This document shows positions 29,003 through 38,200 of a stretch of 64,000 nt of DNA, in pieces (the stretch's first letter is position 1; the number at the start of each line of letters is the position of its first letter). The translations under genes and the position numbers were made by a program. This stretch comes from a virus. Taxonomy: Duplodnaviria; Caudoviricetes. The notes below the pieces were generated by a model. The model was not told where the DNA came from and searched no databases. It saw nothing but the letters and a program-made list of their open reading frames with translations. The DNA lies in the IMG/VR virus record IMGVR_UViG_3300031555_004309, positions 33,440 to 97,439 of that record, one strand, 5' to 3'.

Positions 29003-29960
29003 GTTTTTGATATATTTACTTCTATTAGTTTGCGGCGGCGTCATAGGATTTTTCTTACGACGTCGCGCAAACATAGAGATAGATGAACAGTCTCAAGCAC
29101 AAAATAAAAGATTGAATGAAGAAAACTTAAAATTGGACCGACTTATTGCAGAAAAGAAATGTACTTTTGCTTCTGAAATTCAACAACTTCAAGAATCTCA
29201 AAATGAAAAGAAGAAAGAGTTACTTGCTTCACTGAAAGAAGAAGAAGATTCTAAACGCAAAGAAATTTCTGAAAAAATTCATTTAGAATTACAATTAGAA
29301 CGTGAAAAATTGAAACAAAAAATCGCTGAAATTAGCCAAAATGAATTTAGTCAATTGTCTATTCAGCTTGAAGAAAATCGTTTGAATTTTGAAGCAAAAA
29401 CTGCGGAGTGGAACTCTGAATTAGAAACTCTTTCTAAAGAAATAGAGGAATTAAGGAATAAGAAGCGCGCACTTATTGAGGCGGCTAAGCATGAGGAAGA
29501 AATTGCACAGCAAAAAGATTTTTATCGCTTACAAGTAGAAGATGATGTGATAGAAGATGTGATAGAGTTGAAAAAATTACAAAATAGACTTCATAATCCT
29601 GACGTACTTAATAAACTCATTTATAAGACCTATTTTGAAAAACCATACACCTCTCTTATAGGAAGGGTTGTAGGTGCAGATAAGGTTACTGGTATTTATA
29701 AAATTACCAATATAAATGACCAACGAGTTTATATAGGTCAAGCAGTAGATATCGCGGCTCGTTGGAAACAGCATATTAAGCGCGCTCTCGGCGCAGAACC
29801 TATCACCCAAAATAAACTTTATCCTGCTATGGAGAAGGAAGGAGTTTGGAATTTTACTTTTGAAATAGTGGAAAAGTGTAAAAAGGAAGAATTAGGAGAA
29901 AGAGAACAATATTATCAAGAGTTCTTTGGTGCAAAGGAATATGGATATAGTATTAAATAA
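28989..29960 (+). CDS. Membrane-anchored coiled-coil GIY-YIG nuclease
   Basis: N-terminal TM helix, long coiled coil, GIYKIT...VYIGQA...RWKQH. Confidence 0.8.
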   Translation: MKFYEFLIYLLLLVCGGVIGFFLRRRANIEIDEQSQAQNKRLNEENLKLDRLIAEKKCTFASEIQQLQESQNEKKKELLASLKEEEDSKRKEISEKIHLELQLEREKLKQKIAEISQNEFSQLSIQLEENRLNFEAKTAEWNSELETLSKEIEELRNKKRALIEAAKHEEEIAQQKDFYRLQVEDDVIEDVIELKKLQNRLHNPDVLNKLIYKTYFEKPYTSLIGRVVGADKVTGIYKITNINDQRVYIGQAVDIAARWKQHIKRALGAEPITQNKLYPAMEKEGVWNFTFEIVEKCKKEELGEREQYYQEFFGAKEYGYSIK

Positions 29961-30159
29961 AAGGCTTATTGGTAGAACAGAAAAAATGTTATGGTATGCA
30001 AAGTATACTAATGGTATTATTATAAGCAAAAACCCTTCTCTTTTAGAGGAAAAGGCAAAATCTTTAGGTATTACAGGATTAAAGATTGTAAGTTGTGATA
30101 AAAATGCACAAGGAAGATTTTGTTCCAATGTAAATTTTGACTTTTCTAAGTCATTGTGA
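29926..30159 (+). CDS. Possible small hypothetical protein (start may be 29986)
   Basis: Fills the gap on the coding strand; weak RBS. Confidence 0.35.
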   Translation: MVQRNMDIVLNKRLIGRTEKMLWYAKYTNGIIISKNPSLLEEKAKSLGITGLKIVSCDKNAQGRFCSNVNFDFSKSL

Positions 30160-30165
30160 TATAAT
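30137..30165 (+). promoter_or_regulatory. SigA promoter
   Basis: TTGACT-17-TATAAT with TG extension. Confidence 0.85.
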
Positions 30166-30188
30166 ATGAGATAAAGGAGGCGAGAAGA

Positions 30189-30401
30189 ATGATTCTTTTA
30201 AAACGAACAGAAGAGTTTAGAGTAGAGTCCGATGTTGAGGCTCGTAAGGCCATTGATGATGTCCGTGCAGATGCAAATGAGAAAGGTTATCAAATTGCTT
30301 CAGCAGGCTACACTCATAAAGAGAAAAAGGCAAAAGGCGAAGTTATTGATGCTTGTGAAATTCTCAAAATCGTAAAAGTATTTGGAGGGATTTGGGAATG
30401 A
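30189..30401 (+). CDS. Hypothetical phage protein
   Basis: AGGAGG RBS directly after the promoter. Confidence 0.75.
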   Translation: MILLKRTEEFRVESDVEARKAIDDVRADANEKGYQIASAGYTHKEKKAKGEVIDACEILKIVKVFGGIWE

Positions 30402-31093
30402 ATGCAAGGATAATTGAAGGTCAAGAACAACCTACTAATGATAATAAGTTACTTGAAAACATTATCAATTTAATGGGTAAGATTGAACAAGGCGCGCCGG
30501 GGTTTGATGAAAAGGAGTTTGAAGAATTAAAGTCCCAAATGTTGGCTTCAGGTATGAGTGTTGAAGATTTGTTTAATCTTTTAGGAGATAATTTTGTAGA
30601 GGCAGTTGCTAATCGTACTATTGTCGATATGCCAATTCAATTACTCACTCCTACTGCAAAAATTCCTGAATATGCCCACCTTTCTGATGCTTGCGCAGAT
30701 ATTTATGCCGATGAAGATTATGACTTAATGCCCGGTGAGACTCACGCAGTTTCCACAGGTATAGCACTTGCAATTCCTGAAGGATATGTATGTCACATTT
30801 ATGCAAGAAGTGGACTGAGTTTAAAGACGGGTTTAAGAATTGCAAATTGTGTAGGTATTATAGATGCAGGATATAGAGGTGAAATAAAAGTACCTCTTTG
30901 GAATAGTGGTTCAGAGACCTATAAAATTGAAAAAGGTATGAGAATTGCACAAATTGAAATCCAACAATCTCCTGCCATAGAGTTTTATCCCGTAGATAAT
31001 GTAAAAGAATATGGGAAAGACCGTAATGGAGGATTCGGCTCAACAGGTTTAGAAAAACTTGCCGAAAATCTCGAAATAAATGGCAAAGTATAA
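30392..31093 (+). CDS. dut: Trimeric dUTPase with N-terminal extension
   Basis: ACADI, ARSGL, GIIDAGYRGE, RIAQ, RNGGFGSTG motifs. Confidence 0.93.
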   Translation: MGMNARIIEGQEQPTNDNKLLENIINLMGKIEQGAPGFDEKEFEELKSQMLASGMSVEDLFNLLGDNFVEAVANRTIVDMPIQLLTPTAKIPEYAHLSDACADIYADEDYDLMPGETHAVSTGIALAIPEGYVCHIYARSGLSLKTGLRIANCVGIIDAGYRGEIKVPLWNSGSETYKIEKGMRIAQIEIQQSPAIEFYPVDNVKEYGKDRNGGFGSTGLEKLAENLEINGKV

Positions 31094-31820
31094 TATTGAA
31101 GGATTAAAGAAAGAGTACCAAGATAACGGTTGGGAACTGCGCGCAGATAAGTATGAAAACTTATCAACTTTAATGGAATGTGTGTGTCCTGAAGGTCATA
31201 CTTGTCATATGACTTATGATAAGTGGAGAAAGAGTAAAGAATGTCCGCAGTGTGCTGCAGCCGCATTAAAAAAGACAAAAGAGAATGAAGTTATCCCTAA
31301 AAGTCGTGGTATCAAGAGAACTCTTGCATTAGACCAAGCTACCAATGTTACTGGTTGGGCGGTTTTTGATAATGAGAAGTTAGTTTCTTACGGAGTTTTT
31401 AAGAATAAAGAGGATAAGACTGAAATCAAAATCAATAACCTCAAGCATTGGTTTTCTGATATGTGCGCGGCCTGGAAAGTAGATCGATTAATCTTTGAAG
31501 ACATTCAATTACAAAATTTTGAAGGTGGACCAATGAACACAATTGGAGTTACCACTTTCCAAATTTTAGCTCAACTTCAAGGAGTATTGATAGACGTAGC
31601 GGTAGAAGAAAAACTTCCTTTTAAACTCGCGCATACAGGAGTCTGGAGAAAGTATAACGATATAAAAGGAAAAAGTCGAGCAGATAAAAAGAAAAGTGCT
31701 CAACTTTTAGTTAAAAATACATATAGTAGAGAAGTTTCTCAAGATGAGGCTGACGCAATCTGTATAGGAAGATATGGTCTTACTCTTTTTAAAGAACTAA
31801 CTTTCTCAAATTGGGAATAA
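31080..31820 (+). CDS. ruvC: RuvC-like Holliday junction resolvase with N-terminal Zn finger
   Basis: ALDQAT..TGWA, IFEDI, DEADAI; N-terminal CPEGH...CPQC. Confidence 0.8.
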   Translation: MAKYNIEGLKKEYQDNGWELRADKYENLSTLMECVCPEGHTCHMTYDKWRKSKECPQCAAAALKKTKENEVIPKSRGIKRTLALDQATNVTGWAVFDNEKLVSYGVFKNKEDKTEIKINNLKHWFSDMCAAWKVDRLIFEDIQLQNFEGGPMNTIGVTTFQILAQLQGVLIDVAVEEKLPFKLAHTGVWRKYNDIKGKSRADKKKSAQLLVKNTYSREVSQDEADAICIGRYGLTLFKELTFSNWE

Positions 31821-31853
31821 AAAAAAGAGGGCTTTTGCCCTCTTTCTTTTTTT
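31821..31853. terminator. Bidirectional terminator between converging arms
   Basis: A-tract, GAGGGC-TTTT-GCCCTC, T-tract. Confidence 0.85.
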
Positions 31854-32222
31854 TTATATTCGATAAGCACTCCATACAAATCTATCTTGTGGATTAAAAG
31901 TATCGTATATGCACCCATTAATCGCGCAAGTAATATGCCCGCTCATAGTTATCAAATAAGTTCCTTGTGGATGAGTATCTACGAACTCTCCTACCGTAAC
32001 CCTTATTTCACCTTTACAGCCGCAGATTTTTTCATATCGTGTTGACAAATATTGTTCGATATAAATTACATCGTCGGGCATAACTGCTTGTTCTTGCGCC
32101 ACTCGCGTCAACTGTTCATAGGTTTCATCCCAAGTGCGCCCAGTAGCAAGAGATATTGCTCGAACAGTGCAATCATTCACATTACGCTTTAATGGATTTG
32201 CATTATAATACTTAAATCTCAT
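31854..32222 (-). CDS. Putative papain-fold/C39-like Cys peptidase
   Basis: NDC18TVRAI helix, GH96ITC strand and YD107T suggest a Cys-His-Asp triad. Confidence 0.55.
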   Translation of the reverse strand: MRFKYYNANPLKRNVNDCTVRAISLATGRTWDETYEQLTRVAQEQAVMPDDVIYIEQYLSTRYEKICGCKGEIRVTVGEFVDTHPQGTYLITMSGHITCAINGCIYDTFNPQDRFVWSAYRI

Positions 32223-32698
32223 TAGATTTGTGCAATTTTTTGAGCGTGCTTACGAACAACTTCTTTTTCCTCTGGAGTTTCAGCATTATCCATAATGGTC
32301 TCAACAAGAGTGCAAATAGCATACATTGTCTTTTCAAGACCTTCTGTCATACTACCAGAGTGGTCGCCATCATAATATCTATCTTTTCCATAAACATACG
32401 CATCTAAACCGTCTTCAATACGATAAACTTTATCATACATACGGTCATAATCACGATGTCCATAGCGACCTGAGTTGCGGCCAGAATCTCTACCATAGCG
32501 TTCATCATAAGTGCCATAGCGTCCACCGCGTCTTGCTTCGTAACGGTCGTACATTTGCTCATCCTCCATCGCTTCAATTGTTAAAATATTCTTCATAATA
32601 GAAGTTAGCATTTTCGCATTACTTACGTTGTTTGAGCTAAGTCCACTTTCTTCTATCTTATGAAGTTCTTTTTGCGCATTACTATATAACTTATCCAT
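32222..32698 (-). CDS. Hypothetical protein, helical ends with Y/R/G/D low-complexity core
   Basis: ORF composition; translationally coupled on both sides. Confidence 0.8.
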   Translation of the reverse strand: MDKLYSNAQKELHKIEESGLSSNNVSNAKMLTSIMKNILTIEAMEDEQMYDRYEARRGGRYGTYDERYGRDSGRNSGRYGHRDYDRMYDKVYRIEDGLDAYVYGKDRYYDGDHSGSMTEGLEKTMYAICTLVETIMDNAETPEEKEVVRKHAQKIAQI

Positions 32699-33104
32699 TA
32701 GTACCTCCTGTTACTGTCGCCGGAGCTTCTACAGGAAGCGAGGGCAAATTATTTACGCATTGAGAACAAGGAAGTCTTGTCATAAGAACAAAACTACCAC
32801 TAGTTGCGCCAGTTCTAACTATTGTAGAATAGCGTGTTCTCGTATTGATTGAACATGCATTAACAGGTGTAAGATTACAATTAACGAGTGGGTATGTTGT
32901 GCCAGTGTCGCCGCCAATCGTAATTGCAACTGTTGCATTAATTGTTGTTTCTGCAGGTATAGTCTGAGCTACTACAATACAATATTTCTCATTATCAAAA
33001 TAAGTACCTGCGGGAATGTCGATCAGAAGAGTGTCATCAGCAAAGGTAACACTATCTGAGAGTATTAATCTGTTACAGAGTCTTCTGCAAGGAGAACAAC
33101 TCAT
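32691..33104 (-). CDS. Hypothetical Cys-flanked beta-rich protein
   Basis: 8 Cys (CSPCRRLC...CSQC), Thr-rich beta pattern, GAGG RBS. Confidence 0.8.
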   Translation of the reverse strand: MSCSPCRRLCNRLILSDSVTFADDTLLIDIPAGTYFDNEKYCIVVAQTIPAETTINATVAITIGGDTGTTYPLVNCNLTPVNACSINTRTRYSTIVRTGATSGSFVLMTRLPCSQCVNNLPSLPVEAPATVTGGTNG

Positions 33105-33133
33105 TTAATCACCTCTTTAATAGAATAAAATTG

Positions 33134-33170
33134 GAAGAAAGGAGAGAGAAGGGAAAACTCTCCTTTCTTC
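33134..33170 (-). terminator. Intra-operon hairpin (attenuator or mRNA stabiliser)
   Basis: 13-bp perfect stem GAAGAAAGGAGAG/CTCTCCTTTCTTC. Confidence 0.65.
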
Positions 33171-33179
33171 ACCTACCAA

Positions 33180-33911
33180 TTAGTTATTGCAGCCGCAACC
33201 ATTTCCGCAACCGTATCCAAAGCCATTTGCATAGCTATAAGGATTGAGTGCAGTATAAGGACTTGCAGTTAAATATGCAGGTTTAGCGATTGGCATTAAC
33301 TGATTGATAATGCTTGTTGTTTGATCCTGTTGTGAAATCTGGAACTGTGCAGACTGAAGTTCAGTACGGAGTCTATCCATTTCCTGATTTGTGAGATAGT
33401 TGATAATACGATCTGTGTTTTTGTCAGATGCAGTAAGAATTGCATTAAGGTTATTTGCCATCAAGTATTTGATGTCATCCTGACCTCTTTCAATTTCGCA
33501 GCAGCACATATCCATTTGATGAGATACGTTATTTATGCCGAGAAGTGTTGCATAGTCAGAATTTGCAATTGCCTGTTTTACAGAATCGAAGCCCTGACAA
33601 ATTTGAAGTTGGTTCTGACCATTTGCAGTAAGGAAAGAAACATTTTGACTGTTAAAACCGTTACTGATTGCGGCCTGAATACCAGCTAAATCGCCTTGAA
33701 TTGAGTTGAAATTAAATGCGTCTGTTACACCTTGCGCAGTTGCAGGTGCGAAGCCTCCGCCATAATTGCCGCCGAAAGCGCCATTACCGCCCCAGCCAGC
33801 AAATAAAAGGACAAGAAGGATAACCCACCAAGAGCCGCCGTCTCCTCCCCAACCATTGCCATCACGGCTACCTAATGCAAGAGCATCAGCTACAGAAAGA
33901 CCTTCGTTCAT
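33180..33911 (-). CDS. Hypothetical membrane protein: Gly-rich TM segment, coiled coil with CCC, Cys/Gly tail
   Basis: WWVILLVLLFAGW flanked by Gly-rich runs; MDMCCCEI; GCGNGCGCNN end; GGAGG RBS. Confidence 0.85.
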   Translation of the reverse strand: MNEGLSVADALALGSRDGNGWGGDGGSWWVILLVLLFAGWGGNGAFGGNYGGGFAPATAQGVTDAFNFNSIQGDLAGIQAAISNGFNSQNVSFLTANGQNQLQICQGFDSVKQAIANSDYATLLGINNVSHQMDMCCCEIERGQDDIKYLMANNLNAILTASDKNTDRIINYLTNQEMDRLRTELQSAQFQISQQDQTTSIINQLMPIAKPAYLTASPYTALNPYSYANGFGYGCGNGCGCNN

Positions 33912-33940
33912 TTGATTACCTCCATTAAGTTATTTTATAC

Positions 33941-34183
33941 TCAACCTCTTCCAATCATACGCATAAAAGACTCTAGCTCAGTATTAAAGTCTCTTCCCTG
34001 GCTATTGAAATATTGTTGAGCGAATTCTTGAATACCTTGAGTATCACCATTCTTTCCCATTTCGATTAAATGTTGCATTTGAGGATCGTTGGGGAAATTT
34101 TGGGATACGATTTGTTGTGCGATTTGCGCGGGATTACCACTTCTTGCGAGGGAAATTAGTTGAAAGGGATTTAAAGCTGCCAT
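33941..34183 (-). CDS. Hypothetical Gln/Asn-rich helical protein
   Basis: NP repeats, STI1-like pattern, GGAGG RBS. Confidence 0.75.
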   Translation of the reverse strand: MAALNPFQLISLARSGNPAQIAQQIVSQNFPNDPQMQHLIEMGKNGDTQGIQEFAQQYFNSQGRDFNTELESFMRMIGRG

Positions 34184-34617
34184 TTAGATGAACCTCCTGT
34201 TGCAGTAGTTTTTTCTTCTTGTTGCGCCTTGAGTTGCCGCACTTCTTCTTCTAAAGTAGTCAAGTGAGATTTTAATTCTTCATTTTCTTGTTGAAGATCT
34301 GCGGGAGTCTTAGGTTCTACCGCAGTTAAAGAAAATTGTTTGATAAGTGGAACTCCATTTTGAGAAACTTTAATATACATTAAGTTCTCTGGAAGACAAA
34401 GTGCAACTGTCGTCCCCATCCCTACGGGTACATTATTTGCTTCTTGAAGGGTATTTGTAACATAGACTGCGCCCGCAGGGTTTAGGAACGTAGTTGAGGG
34501 ATAGAATGAAGCAGGTTGGGTAACCTGTTGTGGTTGAACTTGTGATTGTTGATACTGTGGGTATGCGCCATATTGCGCGGCCACGGGACTATATGGTTGT
34601 GTGAAATGTGATGCCAT
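34171..34617 (-). CDS. Hypothetical protein: Q/P/Y-rich N-terminus, small beta domain, coiled coil
   Basis: AGGAGG RBS; ORF composition. Confidence 0.8.
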   Translation of the reverse strand: MASHFTQPYSPVAAQYGAYPQYQQSQVQPQQVTQPASFYPSTTFLNPAGAVYVTNTLQEANNVPVGMGTTVALCLPENLMYIKVSQNGVPLIKQFSLTAVEPKTPADLQQENEELKSHLTTLEEEVRQLKAQQEEKTTATGGSSKWQL

Positions 34618-34757
34618 TATATTTTCCTCCTTTTTTTTTGGATTTTCTCTTCCAATTTATAAGTAATTTTTTGGATAAAAAATTCCAAAAAATAATGCGC
34701 TTTGTCAAACTCAAATATTTGAGTTGACGGCGCGCAACGAGGTAGAAAAGAAGATAT

Positions 34758-34787
34758 AAAAAAAAGACCTCTTAATAGAGGTCTTTT
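34758..34787 (-). terminator. Intrinsic terminator isolating the six-gene operon
   Basis: AAAAGACCTCT/AGAGGTCTTTT stem with flanking A/T tracts. Confidence 0.85.
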
Positions 34788-34796
34788 ATTTTACCT

Positions 34797-35171
34797 TTAT
34801 TCTTTTATAAAAGGAAGAAGTGGAGCAAGGTCTTCAGGTGAAATCTCAAGACAATCAAGTTCTTCAGGTGTGAAGAAAATTTCAATTGCGTCCATTTCTA
34901 TATCTCTTAACTCTTTCATTTCTTTACTTGCAGGTTCTTCAAAACCTTTTTTAATAATGAAATTTCCGTTTGAAAAGGTTTTGAATTCTCCCTTTTCATC
35001 TTTTTCTCCATATTTATCGAGAATTTCTCTGCCTTTTTCAAGGTAGAAGGTGTAATCGTCTTTTAAACGAGAGTTAAGTTTTGTGATTTTATAGGAAAGT
35101 TTAAAGGGAAGTTTTTGAGTTGAGATTGAAGAAAGAGTTGGGATAAGAGTTTCTATATCTCCAAGTTTCAT
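34797..35171 (-). CDS. Conserved phage protein (DUF1617-like)
   Basis: KLPFKLSYKI...YGEKDEKG pattern common next to tail genes. Confidence 0.65.
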   Translation of the reverse strand: MKLGDIETLIPTLSSISTQKLPFKLSYKITKLNSRLKDDYTFYLEKGREILDKYGEKDEKGEFKTFSNGNFIIKKGFEEPASKEMKELRDIEMDAIEIFFTPEELDCLEISPEDLAPLLPFIKE

Positions 35172-35205
35172 TGAATGAATCCTCCTTATTTTATTTCTTA
35201 ATTAT

Positions 35206-35234
35206 ATTATATCAGATTAAGATAAAATTGTCAA
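35206..35234 (-). promoter_or_regulatory. SigA promoter for the 124-aa gene
   Basis: TTGACA-17-TATAAT with TG extension on the - strand. Confidence 0.85.
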
Positions 35235-38200
35235 GAATTTATCAATTTATTCCACACTTCTCTTGCCCACTTCTGACGATTTTCACTAGCAGTCTCAATA
35301 CTGCCAGGATATTCATATACTCTCACAAAAGTATCTGCTACTTTTTGTGCTCCAACCCAAGTATTAGGTGGCATTTTTAAATAACTAAACAGAGTAATTG
35401 TATTTGTAGGATCATGTATTACTCCTTGTTCATTTGTACTTTTTAATCTACTTTGATAAGTCCCAGAAGTTTCACTATAGTTACCTTTCATATCATAAAC
35501 TAAATAGTCACATTGACCTTCAAGATTAGTTCTCCAATCTGGATTATCAGGATAATGGCTTGCGACATAGTTACTCATTCGAGTAAGGTTGCCATAGTGA
35601 TCATTCCACATACACATTCCACCTGCCCAATACCCATCAGAATCTATAACCTTTTGAGAATAATCAAAACTACACTCTCCATAAACATTACCACATATAC
35701 CTACTGCCGCGGAAGTTGTTAATCCTCTAACAGTTAAATAATTAATAATTCTTTGTGCTGTTGCAATTTGAGATTGTGACATTACATTTGTGGCAGGAAG
35801 ATTTTTGTTTACCACTGCAACATAGGTTTCAGGGTCTATATCATCTCTATCATAAGTATATGGGGGCACTCTTATCTCTAAATGGACGTGAGGTCCAGTA
35901 ACATTACCAGATTCTCCTGCATACATAATAACTTGACCTTTTTGAACGCTATCTCCATGCTGCCACTCTTGTCCAGTCGAAGGGTTTGTTGCAATACTTG
36001 ATGCATGACCATATAGACTTCTTATTTGATAATCAGGGTGATTAATTACAACATGGTTTCCATAGCCTGTTGAACTATGGGTTACACTTTCTATTGTTCC
36101 ATCGTGAATTGCAACAACCTGCTTATTTAAAGTTCCTGAACTGCAACAATAATCTATACCAGTATGTCTTCCACCACTAGGATACTTTGGGTAATCTGCC
36201 GATTTATAGATGTCATTGTAATTGTTAAGAGGATTAATAAAAGTACCGTCTCCTCCTCCTGATCCACCAGGAACAACTTCTTGACCATTAACATACAGTT
36301 TTGTAACCCACAAAGTACCTGTACTTCCATCTCCATGAATGGAAGTGTGAGAAATATCTGATAAATTATACTGTCCAAACCAAAAATGATTTTGTTTAAA
36401 ATTCCAGCCAGTTAAAGGGGTTATGTCAAGTTTACCTAAAACAGAATGTGTTGCATAAAAAGGTAATCCTGAAAGATCGGCTACAAATTCTATTGGTTCA
36501 CCATTAGTATTATAATCATGCATTAAAATACCTGTAGTATAATAGCTTAATCTTTGATCTTTAGAATGTAGTCCACTACTTCCAATATCAAAGCCTCCTA
36601 ATTCAGAATAACCATTACTACTAAGTTTAGCAATAGTTTTGAAATCACTATCTCCAGACAATTTTCTTTCTATTAATAAACCATAATCGGATTTTTGTTC
36701 GTTTAAAAACCCTAATGTTAATCGCCCTTGACTTTTTTTAATATTTAGTTTGAAACCATTATCAGTAATACTTACCAAAGCTTTATCTTGAATTTTATTA
36801 ATTGCATCAGTACGGGTTATATCTTTAAACCAAGTGCTTCCTTCTTGATTATAATTAAAATCGCTATCTCCTTCAATAACATATAAACCAAATTGATCAA
36901 ATCTAGTAAAATACTTACTAGTGTCTTTTGTTCCACTAGTAGAATGGCTATGATAGGCTGTTATACCAAGTTCGTTCCAAGCAAATAATTCTTGACCACT
37001 ACCGCCAAAAATCTTAATCAATGAAGTGTCAATCTCGCCTGCAGTAATTAAACTTGCATTAATTCCGTCTCCTGTAATACCAGTACTCCAAACAGGTTCA
37101 CCATTATCACCTGTCTGTTTAGAAATAAAAATACCATCAGCAGTAATTCTTACTCTCTTAGTAGGATTTGGAATAGATTGAAGTTTTAATCCTTCAACAT
37201 CTAACTCATAACTGTTATCATCAGAACTCGTTAAAACAAAATTATTATTAATCAAACTCTTCTGCAAAATAGCACTACTAATCTCTCCATTCGCAGTAAA
37301 TCTATCTGCTTTATCATAAATCTGTTCATTCAACTCTAAAGTCTGAGTTGCCGCAGAAATTCTTTGAAATAAATCTTCAAAACTTGTCAAATAGTTTCTA
37401 ACTTCAATTTGATTTTTTTGAGAATTGTCGAAATAATCGTGATATCCAGTGATTAAAATCTCAAATTTGTAATCTCTGCCTTCTTCAGTAGGACGATAAA
37501 AGAAATCATTATCTACCAAGAAAGTTTTGTCTCCTACTTTAAAGAAGAAGTCTTTTAATTCTTCTGCGCCGCCACCATCAATGACATTTATAGTCCAACT
37601 TGCCTTTGGTATTGCGGAAGTATTTGATACTTTTTGAGAGTCGATATAATAGGTTGAACTATCTGCATATGAACTATCTACCCAAGTTCCTTCTTTTATG
37701 AATTGAGAATATTTAGTTTCAAATTGGGAGATAAGGGTTTTCTTCTGAGTATCAATAGAAGTAACAGATGCAGAAAGATTGTCTAATTTTATTTTTATTT
37801 TATCATTCTGCTTTTGAAGTTTATCTGATTCTTTCTTATACTTACTTTTTTGTTTGCTTTGATTTTTATATGAACTACGAGCATTAACAAGGTCAGGTAA
37901 TGCTTCATCTGCCCCTTCTTTTACTAACCCATCTATTGTTTCTTTTAAACTTGTCATTGTTTCAGTACAAGCAGAAATCTGATATGAATATAATTTTATC
38001 TTATCTTGATTATCTCGATAAGTTTTATAATAAGTATTATATTTATCATAGGTTTCTTTCTCATTCTCATTTAAGACCTTAACTTGGCGATATAATTCTT
38101 CTTTGTCTCTGTCAATTTCAGGTCCGACAAGTTTATGTTCAATATAGTGACGGAAATTATAGTAATATCTCTCTCCCCAAGGATTAAGTGTAGTTTCGGC

